From positions 57,786,001-57,850,000 of the forward strand of contig CM059438.1 in the NCBI GenBank assembly GCA_030390025.1: a stretch of DNA of 64,000 nt. The letters run 5' to 3'. The stretch is from Squalus acanthias (taxonomy: Eukaryota). The notes under the pieces were generated by a model that saw only the letters and a list, made by a program, of their open reading frames with translations, ran no database searches and had not been told where the DNA came from. The translations under genes and the position numbers were made by a program. This document shows, one piece after another, positions 24,964 through 34,900 of this stretch (the stretch's first letter is position 1; the number at the start of each line of letters is the position of its first letter).

Positions 24964-25339
24964 AAAAAATTACAAAAATCTAGGCTGACACTCCAGTGCA
25001 GTGCTGAGGGAGGGCTGTACTGTCGGAGGTGCTGTCTTTTAGAAGAGACGTTAAACTGAGGCCCAGTTTGCTCTCTCAGGTGGACGTAAAAGATTCCATG
25101 GCACTATTTCGAAGAAGAGTAGGGGAGTTATCCCCGGTGCCCTGGCCAATATTTATCCCTCAATCAACATAACAAAAACAAATTATCTGGTCATTATCAC
25201 ATTGCTGTTTGTGGGAGCTTGCTGTGTGCAATTTGGCTGCCGCCTTTCCCGCATTACAACTGTGACTACACTCCAAAAGTACTTCATTGGCTGTAGGTTG
25301 TGAAAGGCACTATATAAATGTAAGTCTTTCTTTCTTTCT
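24964..25339 (+). mobile_element. DeuSINE-type SINE (5'-truncated) with an L2-like tail
   Basis: Core GTAAAAGATTCCATGGCACTATTTCGAAGAAGAG...CCTGGCCAATATTTATCCCTCAA resembles the Deu domain (from memory); tail GGCACTATATAAATGTAAG(TCTT)n is shared with the L2 copies; 12-bp TSD TACATCTCTTCT. Confidence 0.8.
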
Positions 25340-25842
25340 TACATCTCTTCTGCACCCTCTCCAAGGCATTGCCATCCTTCCTATAGTGTGGTGCCCAGAA
25401 TTGAACACAATACTCCAGCTGAAGTCTAACCAGTGTTTTATAAAGGTTTAGCAGAACCTCCTGCCTTTTGTACTCTCTTCCTCTATTAATAAAGCCAAGG
25501 ATCCCAGATGCTTTTTAACAGCCTCCTTAACTTGTCCTGCCACCTTCTAAGATTTATGTACATACACCCCAAGGTCTCTCTGTTCTTGCACTCCCTTTAA
25601 AATTGTACCATTTAGTTCATATTGCTTCTCCTCATGCTTCCTACCAAAATGTATCACTTCACACTTCTCTCCGTTAAATTTCATCTGCCATTTACCAATC
25701 TGTCTATGTCCTCCTGAAGTCTGTTACTATCCTCCTCATTGTTTACTACATTTATTGTATTGTATCATCTACAAACTTTGAAATTATGTCCTGTATACCC
25801 AAGTCCAGGTCATTGATATATATCAAAAAGAGCAGTGGTCCT

Positions 25843-26057
25843 TGACGTAATAAAGACTCACTATGCACTTGAACATAAAGCAAGGCTTTAATCAACTTGT
25901 AACAAAACATGGAGGTCTAGTTAGCAGTCACTAGCTTCCTGTTTCCAGATTGTCTCTGCCCAAGGTGGGCCCATGCCTGAGTATTTATACTCCCTGGACG
26001 GCGCCCCAGCTGGCCGCTCAGTAGTACTTCCTGAGTTGTTACTTGCGATTTATGACA
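25843..26057 (-). repeat. 3' LTR
   Basis: Direct repeat of 30138-30352; contains TATAAATA and ATTAAA on the sense strand. Confidence 0.97.
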
Positions 26058-26095
26058 TTCTTCCTCCCTAAAAGGTTTGGAAGTCCAGTCTTCCT

Positions 26096-29000
26096 TTAAC
26101 GGACTAGGCGGACCAGAAATAGCCGCAGACGTTTAGCTCTCTGCTTGTGACTGGAAGGCACGTCTCCCCGGACCGTGTCCTGGTCCCTGGGTCGCTTGGC
26201 CCGTACCGGTAAGTCAGTAGAGCCCGCGTCATCTTGATCATCCTGTGGAGGACTGGGAATATCATGACTCCGGGTGCGGGTCCCCACAGGTGCTGAGCTG
26301 GCCTCATCCCGGGTCGTGGCTGGAGATTGTCCGGCGTCCTGGTTTCGGGTGGCCATCCTACGGGGAGCGTCCAGCTCCCTGGGTTGATCCGGTAGCGTTG
26401 CCGGCAGATTCCCCGATGTCCCAGGCGGGGCGTCATTTTCATAGGGGTGCGGAGTGTTGATATCATTGTCGGGGGATCCTTCATCATTCGGGCCCGTGTG
26501 ACCGGTTGGGCAGGGAGCCAGATCTCGGAGCGAGACGGTGGTCTCCCGGCCATCAGGGTACCGTACGTGCGCATACGTGGGGTTTACCTCCGTTATCTCC
26601 ACCTCGTCAATGAGAGGGTCGTTTTTGGCAGACCGGACGAACCTCCGGAGTAGCACCAGGCCTGGAGCCACCAACCATGACGGTAGAGACGTCCCATGTG
26701 TAGAGCGACGCCGGAATTTGAAGAATCGCTCATGAGGCGTGACATTAGTAGATGTGGAGAGAAGAGACCTGATAGAGTGTAACGCGTCGGGGAGCACCGT
26801 TTCCCACTGCTGGTCCGGCAGGTTGCGTGACCTTAGTGCCAGACGGACAGCGTTCCAGATGATGGCATTGTATCGTTCAACCTGTCCGTTACCGATTGGG
26901 TGATATGGTGTCGTCCTACTTGAGGCGATTCCCCGTTGGGAGAGATAACTTTTAAGTTCACTCGACATAAAGGAGGGACCCCGATCAGTGTGGATAAAAT
27001 TGGCCGTCCCGCAAAGGGAAAAGACCTGATCGAGGCATTTAATTACCGTAGAGGTAAGCATATTAGGGCAGGGGAAGGCGAAGGGAAAGCGTGAATACTC
27101 GTCCACCATCGTAAGTAGGTAGGTGTTCCTTGTCGACGAAGGCAATGGCCCTTTAAAGTCTATGCTGAGCCTCTGCATAGGCTGCATTGCATGTATGAGT
27201 AAGCCATCTGATGGGCGAAAGAATTGTGGTTTCAATTCTGCACAAATCCTACAGGAGGAGCATGTTTTCTTTACGTCCTCGGTTGAAAATGGTAGATTTT
27301 TGGAGCGTACAAAGTGCAACATGCGGGTCACACCAGGATGGCATAAGTCCATATGCAAATCCGCCAGAGTCGACGTTGACATTGAGGAGCAAAATGCCCG
27401 TGTGAAGGTATCTGGGGCCACGTTCTGTTTGCCGGGTCGGTAACAGATAGTATATCCAAAGGCAGCCAGCTCCATCCTCCAGAGTTGAATTTTATTATTT
27501 TTGATTTTCGTGCGCCTCCGGTTATCCAACATGAAGGCCACAGAGCGCTGGTCAGTTATAAGCGTAAAATGACGCCGAGCAAGAAAATGACCCCATTGGC
27601 GTACAGCCTCGATGATGACCGTAGCCTCCTTCTCGACGGGGGGGTAATGGAGCTCGCTACCCTGCAAGGTTCTGGATAGGAATGCCACGGGTCGGCCACC
27701 TTGATTCAAGGTAGCGGAGATCGCCACCTCCGATGCATCGCATTCGACCACAAAAGGAAGATTTTCGTCAATGGAGCGAAGCATGGCTTTCTCCAGCTGT
27801 CGTTTGAGGAGGTTGAAGGCAGAAATAGCCGTAGCTTCCAATGGAAAAGACTTCGCATGGAGCAGGGGCTGTATTTTATCGGAGAAGTGTGGTATCCATT
27901 TTGCGTAATAAGCAAACATGCCAAGTGCCCGACGAAGAGAGCCGAGGTTCGTCGGGGGAGGGAGCTCCTGAAGTGGACGAAGTCGCTCTGGGTCCGGTTT
28001 AATAACACCGTTGCCCACCCAGTAGCCAAGAATGTTCACCGATGGCACCGACTTCACCGATTTGGATTCGTTTAACGTTAAGTGGCGACGGCGGAGTACG
28101 TCAAAAAATCTCTGAAGATTGGCGTCATGCTCCTTTTGATCATGGCCGGCAATAGTGATATTGTCTAAATACGGAAAGGTATCCGTCAAGTTCTCTTGCC
28201 GGACTAGGCCATCCATGGCCCGTTGGAAGACGGCCACCCCATTGGTGACCCCGAATGGAAGGCGGCGAAACTGGAAAAGCCGACCATTAGCCTCAAAGGC
28301 CGTATACTTCTTGTCGGAGTCTTGCAGTGGCACCTGATGGTACGCGCTTTTTAAATCGAAGGTCGAGAATACCTTGTATTTGGCAAGGTTGTTGACCATG
28401 TCATCTATGCGTGGCAGCGGGTAGGCATCCAGATCGGTATATAGATTAATAGTCTGCGAATAATCGATACACAGACGTTTTTTATGTTGTTTTAAGGGAT
28501 TCCTCACGATGACGACCTGAGCCCGCCAGGGAGATGAACATGGCTCGATAATACCGTCGACTAAAAGGCGAGAGATTTCCGCCTCAATAAACGCTCGATC
28601 ATCTTGGCTAAAGCGCCGCGATTTGGTGGCTATGGGTTTACAGCGGGGGGGAAGATTGGCAAACAGGGAGGGTTCACCGAGTAAGGCCGCCGAGAGTGCA
28701 CAAAATGGCACCTTAGAAATGGTAAGCTCCGGCCTTGACCCTCCAAACTCAAAAGTGATCTTCTTGTGCTGCTTCTGGAAGTCCTGTCCCAGAAGCACAT
28801 CGCTGCATAAGTTTGCGAGTACTCCGAGCCGGGTGGAGAGATACGTGCGGCCGTTGAGGATGAGGTTGACCAGACAGAAGCCAGAAGAATTGGTGGTCAG
28901 AGTCGTCAGAGCCATTGCAATCTCCCTGTCCGAGGGATAAATGTGCAGTTTTAACCTGTTGACAGCCCGCTTACTAATGAAGCTGTCAGAGCTGCAGGAG

Positions 29001-30037
29001 TCGATTAGCGCGCTTAGAGTGTGCCCATCTACTGAAACCTTCGTGGCTGCATGGGACAAACTTTGGGGAAAAACAGCCGTGATGGGAGGAGGGGCAATTT
29101 TCCCTTCGGCAACTGTAGCCTTAACAGTAGTTCTTGGGGGAGGAGCAGCTCCATAGATAGCAGCTGTGAAGCTAACAGGAGCTCTCGACCGGTATACTTT
29201 AGAGGAGCGGCCTTTCTTGTTAGCAAAGGCCCGTGACTGGCATACCTTGGAAAAGTGTCCTTTCTTGCTGCAATGATTGCAGGTCACATTACGAGCCGGG
29301 CAAAATTTTCTGTGATGGCACGCCCCTCCACAAAAGAAACACTTTCTTCCTGATTGCCAGGATGCTGCTAGGGCGGGGTCGTCATCAGCGAAGGCCTCTA
29401 GGGTAGGGTCGTCGTCTGTTAGAGTAGAATCAACATCAGTGGGGGCATCTGCCCGAGACCTACCGAAAGACTCATTAAAGGAGATAGCCGCCGCCCGTGC
29501 ACGTGGTGGGAGATAAGTGTCTGCATTTTTCTTGGCCAAGTCCAAGGAACACGCCTGGTCATAAGCAGCCCGTAAATTGAGGGTTTTATTTTCCAGCAGG
29601 CGCTGACGTATAAAAGGGGACACGATTCCATTGATAAAGGAATCGCGGATTAGTTCCTCTTGATACTGTTCGGCTGAAACTGCTTTAAGGTTACAATCCT
29701 TGCTGAGCCTGCGAAGTTTCTGGAGAAATTCATCGAGTGATTCCCCAGGCTGCTGCCGAGTTGTGGCCAGTAGGTGTCGAGCAAAGATTTCATTTGGGGA
29801 CTTCACATATAGCTGCTGTAAGATTTCGATAGCAGTGTCATAGTCTATACAGTCCTCAATATAATCATACACATGAGGAGACACGTAGTTGATAAGCATT
29901 CGTAACTTATTAGGGACATCCGCCCCACATTCTTCAAGAAAGTTGCTAAAGGTACGAAACCAATGCTTCCATACCTTTGCTGCCGCAGGTGCATTCGGGT
30001 CCAGGTCGAGACGAGCGGGTCTAAGGAGTTTTTCCAT
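26096..30037 (-). CDS. Gypsy Gag-Pol polyprotein, 1313 aa (Gag with zinc knuckles, PR, RT, RNase H, integrase)
   Basis: CNHCSKKGHFSKVC; LIDSCSS; FDLKSAYHQ, LPFGV and YLDN; ECDAS; H-x4-H...CRIC; SIDFKGP / HTDRG / GQVERYN. Domain order is PR-RT-RH-INT. Confidence 0.96.
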   Translation of the reverse strand: MEKLLRPARLDLDPNAPAAAKVWKHWFRTFSNFLEECGADVPNKLRMLINYVSPHVYDYIEDCIDYDTAIEILQQLYVKSPNEIFARHLLATTRQQPGESLDEFLQKLRRLSKDCNLKAVSAEQYQEELIRDSFINGIVSPFIRQRLLENKTLNLRAAYDQACSLDLAKKNADTYLPPRARAAAISFNESFGRSRADAPTDVDSTLTDDDPTLEAFADDDPALAASWQSGRKCFFCGGACHHRKFCPARNVTCNHCSKKGHFSKVCQSRAFANKKGRSSKVYRSRAPVSFTAAIYGAAPPPRTTVKATVAEGKIAPPPITAVFPQSLSHAATKVSVDGHTLSALIDSCSSDSFISKRAVNRLKLHIYPSDREIAMALTTLTTNSSGFCLVNLILNGRTYLSTRLGVLANLCSDVLLGQDFQKQHKKITFEFGGSRPELTISKVPFCALSAALLGEPSLFANLPPRCKPIATKSRRFSQDDRAFIEAEISRLLVDGIIEPCSSPWRAQVVIVRNPLKQHKKRLCIDYSQTINLYTDLDAYPLPRIDDMVNNLAKYKVFSTFDLKSAYHQVPLQDSDKKYTAFEANGRLFQFRRLPFGVTNGVAVFQRAMDGLVRQENLTDTFPYLDNITIAGHDQKEHDANLQRFFDVLRRRHLTLNESKSVKSVPSVNILGYWVGNGVIKPDPERLRPLQELPPPTNLGSLRRALGMFAYYAKWIPHFSDKIQPLLHAKSFPLEATAISAFNLLKRQLEKAMLRSIDENLPFVVECDASEVAISATLNQGGRPVAFLSRTLQGSELHYPPVEKEATVIIEAVRQWGHFLARRHFTLITDQRSVAFMLDNRRRTKIKNNKIQLWRMELAAFGYTICYRPGKQNVAPDTFTRAFCSSMSTSTLADLHMDLCHPGVTRMLHFVRSKNLPFSTEDVKKTCSSCRICAELKPQFFRPSDGLLIHAMQPMQRLSIDFKGPLPSSTRNTYLLTMVDEYSRFPFAFPCPNMLTSTVIKCLDQVFSLCGTANFIHTDRGPSFMSSELKSYLSQRGIASSRTTPYHPIGNGQVERYNAIIWNAVRLALRSRNLPDQQWETVLPDALHSIRSLLSTSTNVTPHERFFKFRRRSTHGTSLPSWLVAPGLVLLRRFVRSAKNDPLIDEVEITEVNPTYAHVRYPDGRETTVSLRDLAPCPTGHTGPNDEGSPDNDINTPHPYENDAPPGTSGNLPATLPDQPRELDAPRRMATRNQDAGQSPATTRDEASSAPVGTRTRSHDIPSPPQDDQDDAGSTDLPVRAKRPRDQDTVRGDVPSSHKQRAKRLRLFLVRLVR

Positions 30038-30137
30038 GATGGATCAGTTTCTTGCCCAAGTTCCCTTCTGTGGTTCGAGTTGCAGTTGGTTGTTCCGAAT
30101 CACCCAAAGCGTGGAGACGATATCAAGTTGATTAAAT

Positions 30138-30352
30138 TGACGTAATAAAGACTCACTATGCACTTGAACATAAAGCAAGGCTTTAATCAACTTGTAACAA
30201 AACATGGAGGTCTAGTTAGCAGTCACTAGCTTCCTGTTTCCAGATTGTCTCTGCCCAAGGTGGGCCCATGCCTGAGTATTTATACTCCCTGGACGGCGCC
30301 CCAGCTGGCCGCTCAGTAGTACTTCCTGAGTTGTTACTTGCGATTTATGACA
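30138..30352 (-). repeat. 5' LTR
   Basis: Direct repeat of 25843-26057; lies upstream of the ORF start at 30037. Confidence 0.97.
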
Positions 30353-31534
30353 GTCCTAATACCGACGCCTGGGGAACACCACTGTATACTTCCCTCCAGT
30401 CTGAAAAACAACTGTTCACCATTATTCTCTGCTTTCTGTCCCTTAGCCAACACTGTCCCTTTAATCCCATGGGCTTTAATTTTGCTAACAAGTCTATTAT
30501 GTGGTACTTTGTCAAACGCCTTTTGAAAGTCCATATACACAATATCAACCACACTACTGTCATCAACCCTCTCCGTTACTTCATCAAAAAACTCGATCAA
30601 GTTAGTCAAACACGATTTGACTTTAACAAATCCATGCTGACTTTCATTTATTCACCCATACTTTTCTAAATGCCAATTAATTATTATTTCTAAAAGTTTC
30701 CCCACCATCGACGTTAGGCTGATTGGCCTGTAGTTGCCGGGTTTATCCCCCTCCCCTTTTTTAAACAGGAATAGTTCTTTCTTGGCAACTTCACCAGACT
30801 CAACTGAGCCCCTCCGTTTAGTATCATCTGCCAGGCAAGGAAATAGTGACTTTCAGAACCAGGCTGGATATTATGAGAGTTACAGTGCCAGAGTAATCAG
30901 CTTCAATGGATTGGATGATCTGTTGTTGTTCTTCTCCTTCATTTTTTCATCTCTTAACAACAAGTGTAGACCAGGTGATCAAATATTTTAAGGAACACAA
31001 TGATCCCTGCACACCCAAGACTATGGAAATCTGAGTGAAATGGAACTGCCATGGTCAATCATATTGGTTAGATTAACTCCTGGAGTTTTCCAAGTTTATA
31101 CAAGAGCCCAAATTTTCAGAGAAGGAAAAAAATGGGTCATTGCAAAGCCACGACCGCACCTATAGCACATTATGCAACATAAAGACCACCCCCTTTTTCA
31201 ACAGGGTACAGATACAGGAGATGCCTTCCCACTGCATGTAATTGAGGGCCCAAAGGAAGATCATGCACAAATTTCAACTTCTACTGCGTTCCACCCAAAT
31301 TGCAACAGGAAAGTGTGTGTTGAGTAAAATCCACCCTAATAATTTCAGGTGTTAGAAGTTGCAGAGGTTCAATCTCAGTTGGCAATAGAAAGAAAGTGCC
31401 AATTGTTAGTTAAAATAAAAACAATTAAGTCATTAATATCCTTCAAGGAAGAAAACCTGCCACTCCTTTCTGGTCTGAAAGATCAACATAATTTACCTGC
31501 TTTCTCACCACATCCTCACCAGAAAATCATATTT

Positions 31535-31972
31535 ACAACAATAACAACAACTTGCATTTATATAGTGCCTTTAATATAGTAAAACGTCCCAAGGTGCTTC
31601 ACAGGAGCGTTATCAAACAAAATTTGACACCGAACCACATAAGGAAATATTAGGACAGAGAGGTTAGGTTTTAAGGAGAGTCTTAAAGGAGGAGAGAGGT
31701 AAAGAGGCAGAGAGGTTTAGGGAGGGAGTTCCAGAGCTTAGGGCCCAGGCAGCTGAAGGCACGGCCACCAATGGTGGAATGATTAAAATTGGGGATGGGC
31801 AAGAGGCCAGAATTGGAGAAGCGCAGAGATCTCAGAGGGTTGTAGGGCTGGAGGAAGTTACTGAGATATTGAGGGGCAAGGCCTCAGAGGGATTTGAAAA
31901 CAAGGATGAAAATTTTAAAATTGAGTTGTTGCTGGACCGGGAGCCAATGTAGGTCAGTGAGCACAGGGGTGA
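31535..31972 (-). mobile_element. L2 LINE 3' fragment
   Basis: Colinear with 16218-16669; (TTG)n tail. Confidence 0.85.
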
Positions 31973-31974
31973 TG

Positions 31975-34900
31975 AACATAATAGGATCAGGAGTAGGCCA
32001 TTCGGCCCCTCGAGCCTGCTCTGCCATTCAATAAGATCATGGCTGATCTTCTACCTCAACTCCACTTTCCTGCACTATCCCTATACCCCTTGATTCCCTT
32101 AATATCCAAAAATCTATCGATCTCTGTCTTGAATATACTCAACGACTGAGCCGCCACAGCCATCAGGGGTAGAGAATTCCAAAGATTCACCACCCTCTGA
32201 GTGAAGAAATTTCTCCTCATCTTGGTCCTAAATGGCCGACCCCTTATTCTGAGACTGTGAGCCCTCGTTCGAGACTCCCCAGCCAGGGGAAACATCCTCT
32301 CTGCATCTACCCTGTCAAGCCCTGTAAGAATTTTGTATGTTTCAATGAGATCACCTCTCATTCTTCTAAACTCGAGAGAATATAGGCCTAGTCTACTTAA
32401 TCTCTCCTCATAGGACAATCCCCCCATCCCAGGAATCAGTCTGGTGAACCTTCGTTGCACCCTCTATATGGCAAGTATATCCTTCCTTAGGTAAGGAGAC
32501 CAAACTGTACACAATACTCCGGGTGTGGTCTCACCAGGGCTTTATATAATTGGAGTAAGACATCTTTACTCTTATACTCAAATCCTCTTGTAATAAAGGC
32601 CAACGTACCATTTGCTTTCCTAATTGCTTGCTGTACCTGCATATTAACTTACAGTGATTCGTGTACAAGGACACCCAGGTCCCTCTGAACACCAACATTT
32701 CCCAATCTCTTACCATTTAAAAAATACTCTGCTTTTCTATTTTTCCTACCAAAGTGGATAACTTCACATTTCTCCACATGATATTCCATTTGCCATGTTC
32801 TTGCCCACTAACTTAGCCTGTCTATATCCCCTTGAAGCCTCTTTGCATCCTCCTCACAACTTACATTCCCACCCAGCTTTGTATCATCAGCAAACCTGGA
32901 TATATTGCATTTTTTCCCCTCATCCAAATCATTGATATAGATTGTGAATAGCTGAGGCCCAAGCACTGATCCTTGCGGTACCCCACTAGTTACAGCCTGC
33001 AAACCCAAAAATGATCCATTTATTCCTACTCTCTGTTTTCTGTCGGTTAACCAATCTTCAATCCATGCTAGTATATTACCCCCAATCCCATGAGCCCTAA
33101 TTTTGTTTAATAACCTCTTGTGTGGCACCTCGAACATAAGAACATAAGAAATAGGAGCAGGAATAGGCCACTTGGCCCCTCGAGCCTGCTCCGCCATTCA
33201 ATAAGATCATGGCTGATCTAGGGCTCAAAGCCACTTCCCAGCCAGCTCCGCATAACCCTTCACTCCCTTATCTTGCAAAAATGTGTCTATCTCCACTTTA
33301 AATGTATTTAATGACCCAGCCTCCACAGCTCTCTGGGGCAGAGAATTCCACAAATTTACGACCCTCTGAGAGAAGAAGTTCCTCCTCATCTCAGTTCTAA
33401 AAGGGCGACCCTTTATTCGGAGACTGTGCCCCCGAGTTCTAGATTTCCCCATGAGGGGAAACATCCTCTCTGCATCTACCCTGTCGAGCCCCCTCAGTAT
33501 CTTATATGTTTCGATAAGATCACCTCTCATTCTTCTAAATTCCAATGAGTATAGGCCCAGCCTGCTCAACCTTTTCTCATAAGTCAAACCAATCATCTCT
33601 GGAATTAACCTAGTGAATCGTCTCTGAACTGCCTCCAATGCAATTATATCCTTCCTTAAATAAGGAGACCAAAACTGTACGCAGTACTCAAGGTGTGGTC
33701 TCACCAATACCTTGTACAGTTGTAGCAGGACTTCCCTGCTTTTATACTCCAACCCCCTTGAAATAAAGGCCAACATTCCATTTGCCTTTTTGATTACTTG
33801 CTGTACCTGCATGCTAACTTTTTGTGTTTCATGCACAAGGACCCCCAGGTTCCTCTGAACTGTAGCATTTTGTAATCTCTCTCCATTTAAATAATAGTTT
33901 GTTTTTTTATTTTTCCTGCCAAAGTGGATAACCTCGCACTTTCCCACATTATACTCCATCTGCCAAATGTTTGCCCACTCACCTAGCCTGTCTATATCCC
34001 TTTGCAGATTCTTTGAGTCCTCTGCACAACTTGCTGTCCCACCCATCTTTGTATCATCCGCAAACTTGGCTACATTACACTCGAACCCTTCATCCAAGTC
34101 ATTAATGTAGATTGTAAATAGTTGGGGCCCCAGCACCGATCCTTGTGGCACCCCACTAGTTACCATTTGCCAACCAGAAAATGACCCATTTATCCTGACT
34201 CTCTGCTTTCTGTTAGTCAGCCAATTCTCTATCCATGCTAATATATTACCCCCAACTCCATGAGCTCTTATCTTATGCAGTAACCTTTTATGTGGCACCT
34301 TATCGAATGCCTTCTGGAAATCCAAATACACCACATCCACTGGTTCACCCTTGTCCACCCTGCTTATTACATCCTCAAAGAACTCCAGCAAATTTGTTAA
34401 ACATGATTTCCCTTTCCTAAAACCATGCTGACTCTGTTTGACTGCAGTATGTTTTTCTAAATGCCCTGCTACTGCTTCCTTAATGAAGGACTCCAGCATT
34501 TTCCCAACGACAGATGTTAGGCTAACTGGTCTAGTTTCCTGATCGAATGCCTTCTGAAATTCCAAGTACACCACATCCACTGGTTCCCCCTTATCTATTC
34601 TGCTTCTTACAACCTCAAAAAACTCTAACAGATTCGTCAAACATGATTTCCCTTTCATAAATCTGTGTTGACTCTGTGCAATCTTATTATTTTCTAAGTG
34701 CCCTGTTACCATGTCCTTAATAATAGATTCTACCATTTTCCCTACTACTGATGTCAGGCTAACTGGTCTGTAGTTCCCCGTTTTCTCTTTCCCTCTTTTC
34801 TTAAATAGTGAGGTTACATTTGCTACCTTCCAATCCGCAGGAACCGTTCTAGAATCTATAGAATTTTGGAAGATGACAACCAATGCATCCACTATCTCTA

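Larger units (their letters stand above)
25843..30352 (-). mobile_element. Full-length Ty3/Gypsy LTR retrotransposon, 4510 bp
   Basis: Two 215-bp TG...CA LTRs with no difference seen by eye; 5-bp TSD GTCCT; PPT AGGGAGGAAGAA at 26058-26069; single gag-pol ORF. Confidence 0.97.
24596..30770 (-). mobile_element. Decayed CR1 LINE hosting the SINE and Gypsy insertions (pieces 24596-24963, 25340-25842, 30353-30770)
   Basis: YMDFQKAFDKVPH at 30334-30609; the sequence is continuous across the GTCCT TSD. Confidence 0.85.

Noticed and set aside
26104..30145. Numerous short antisense or alternative-frame ORFs over the Gypsy and LINE ORFs
   Set aside because: They are shadows of the real reading frames, with no independent motifs.
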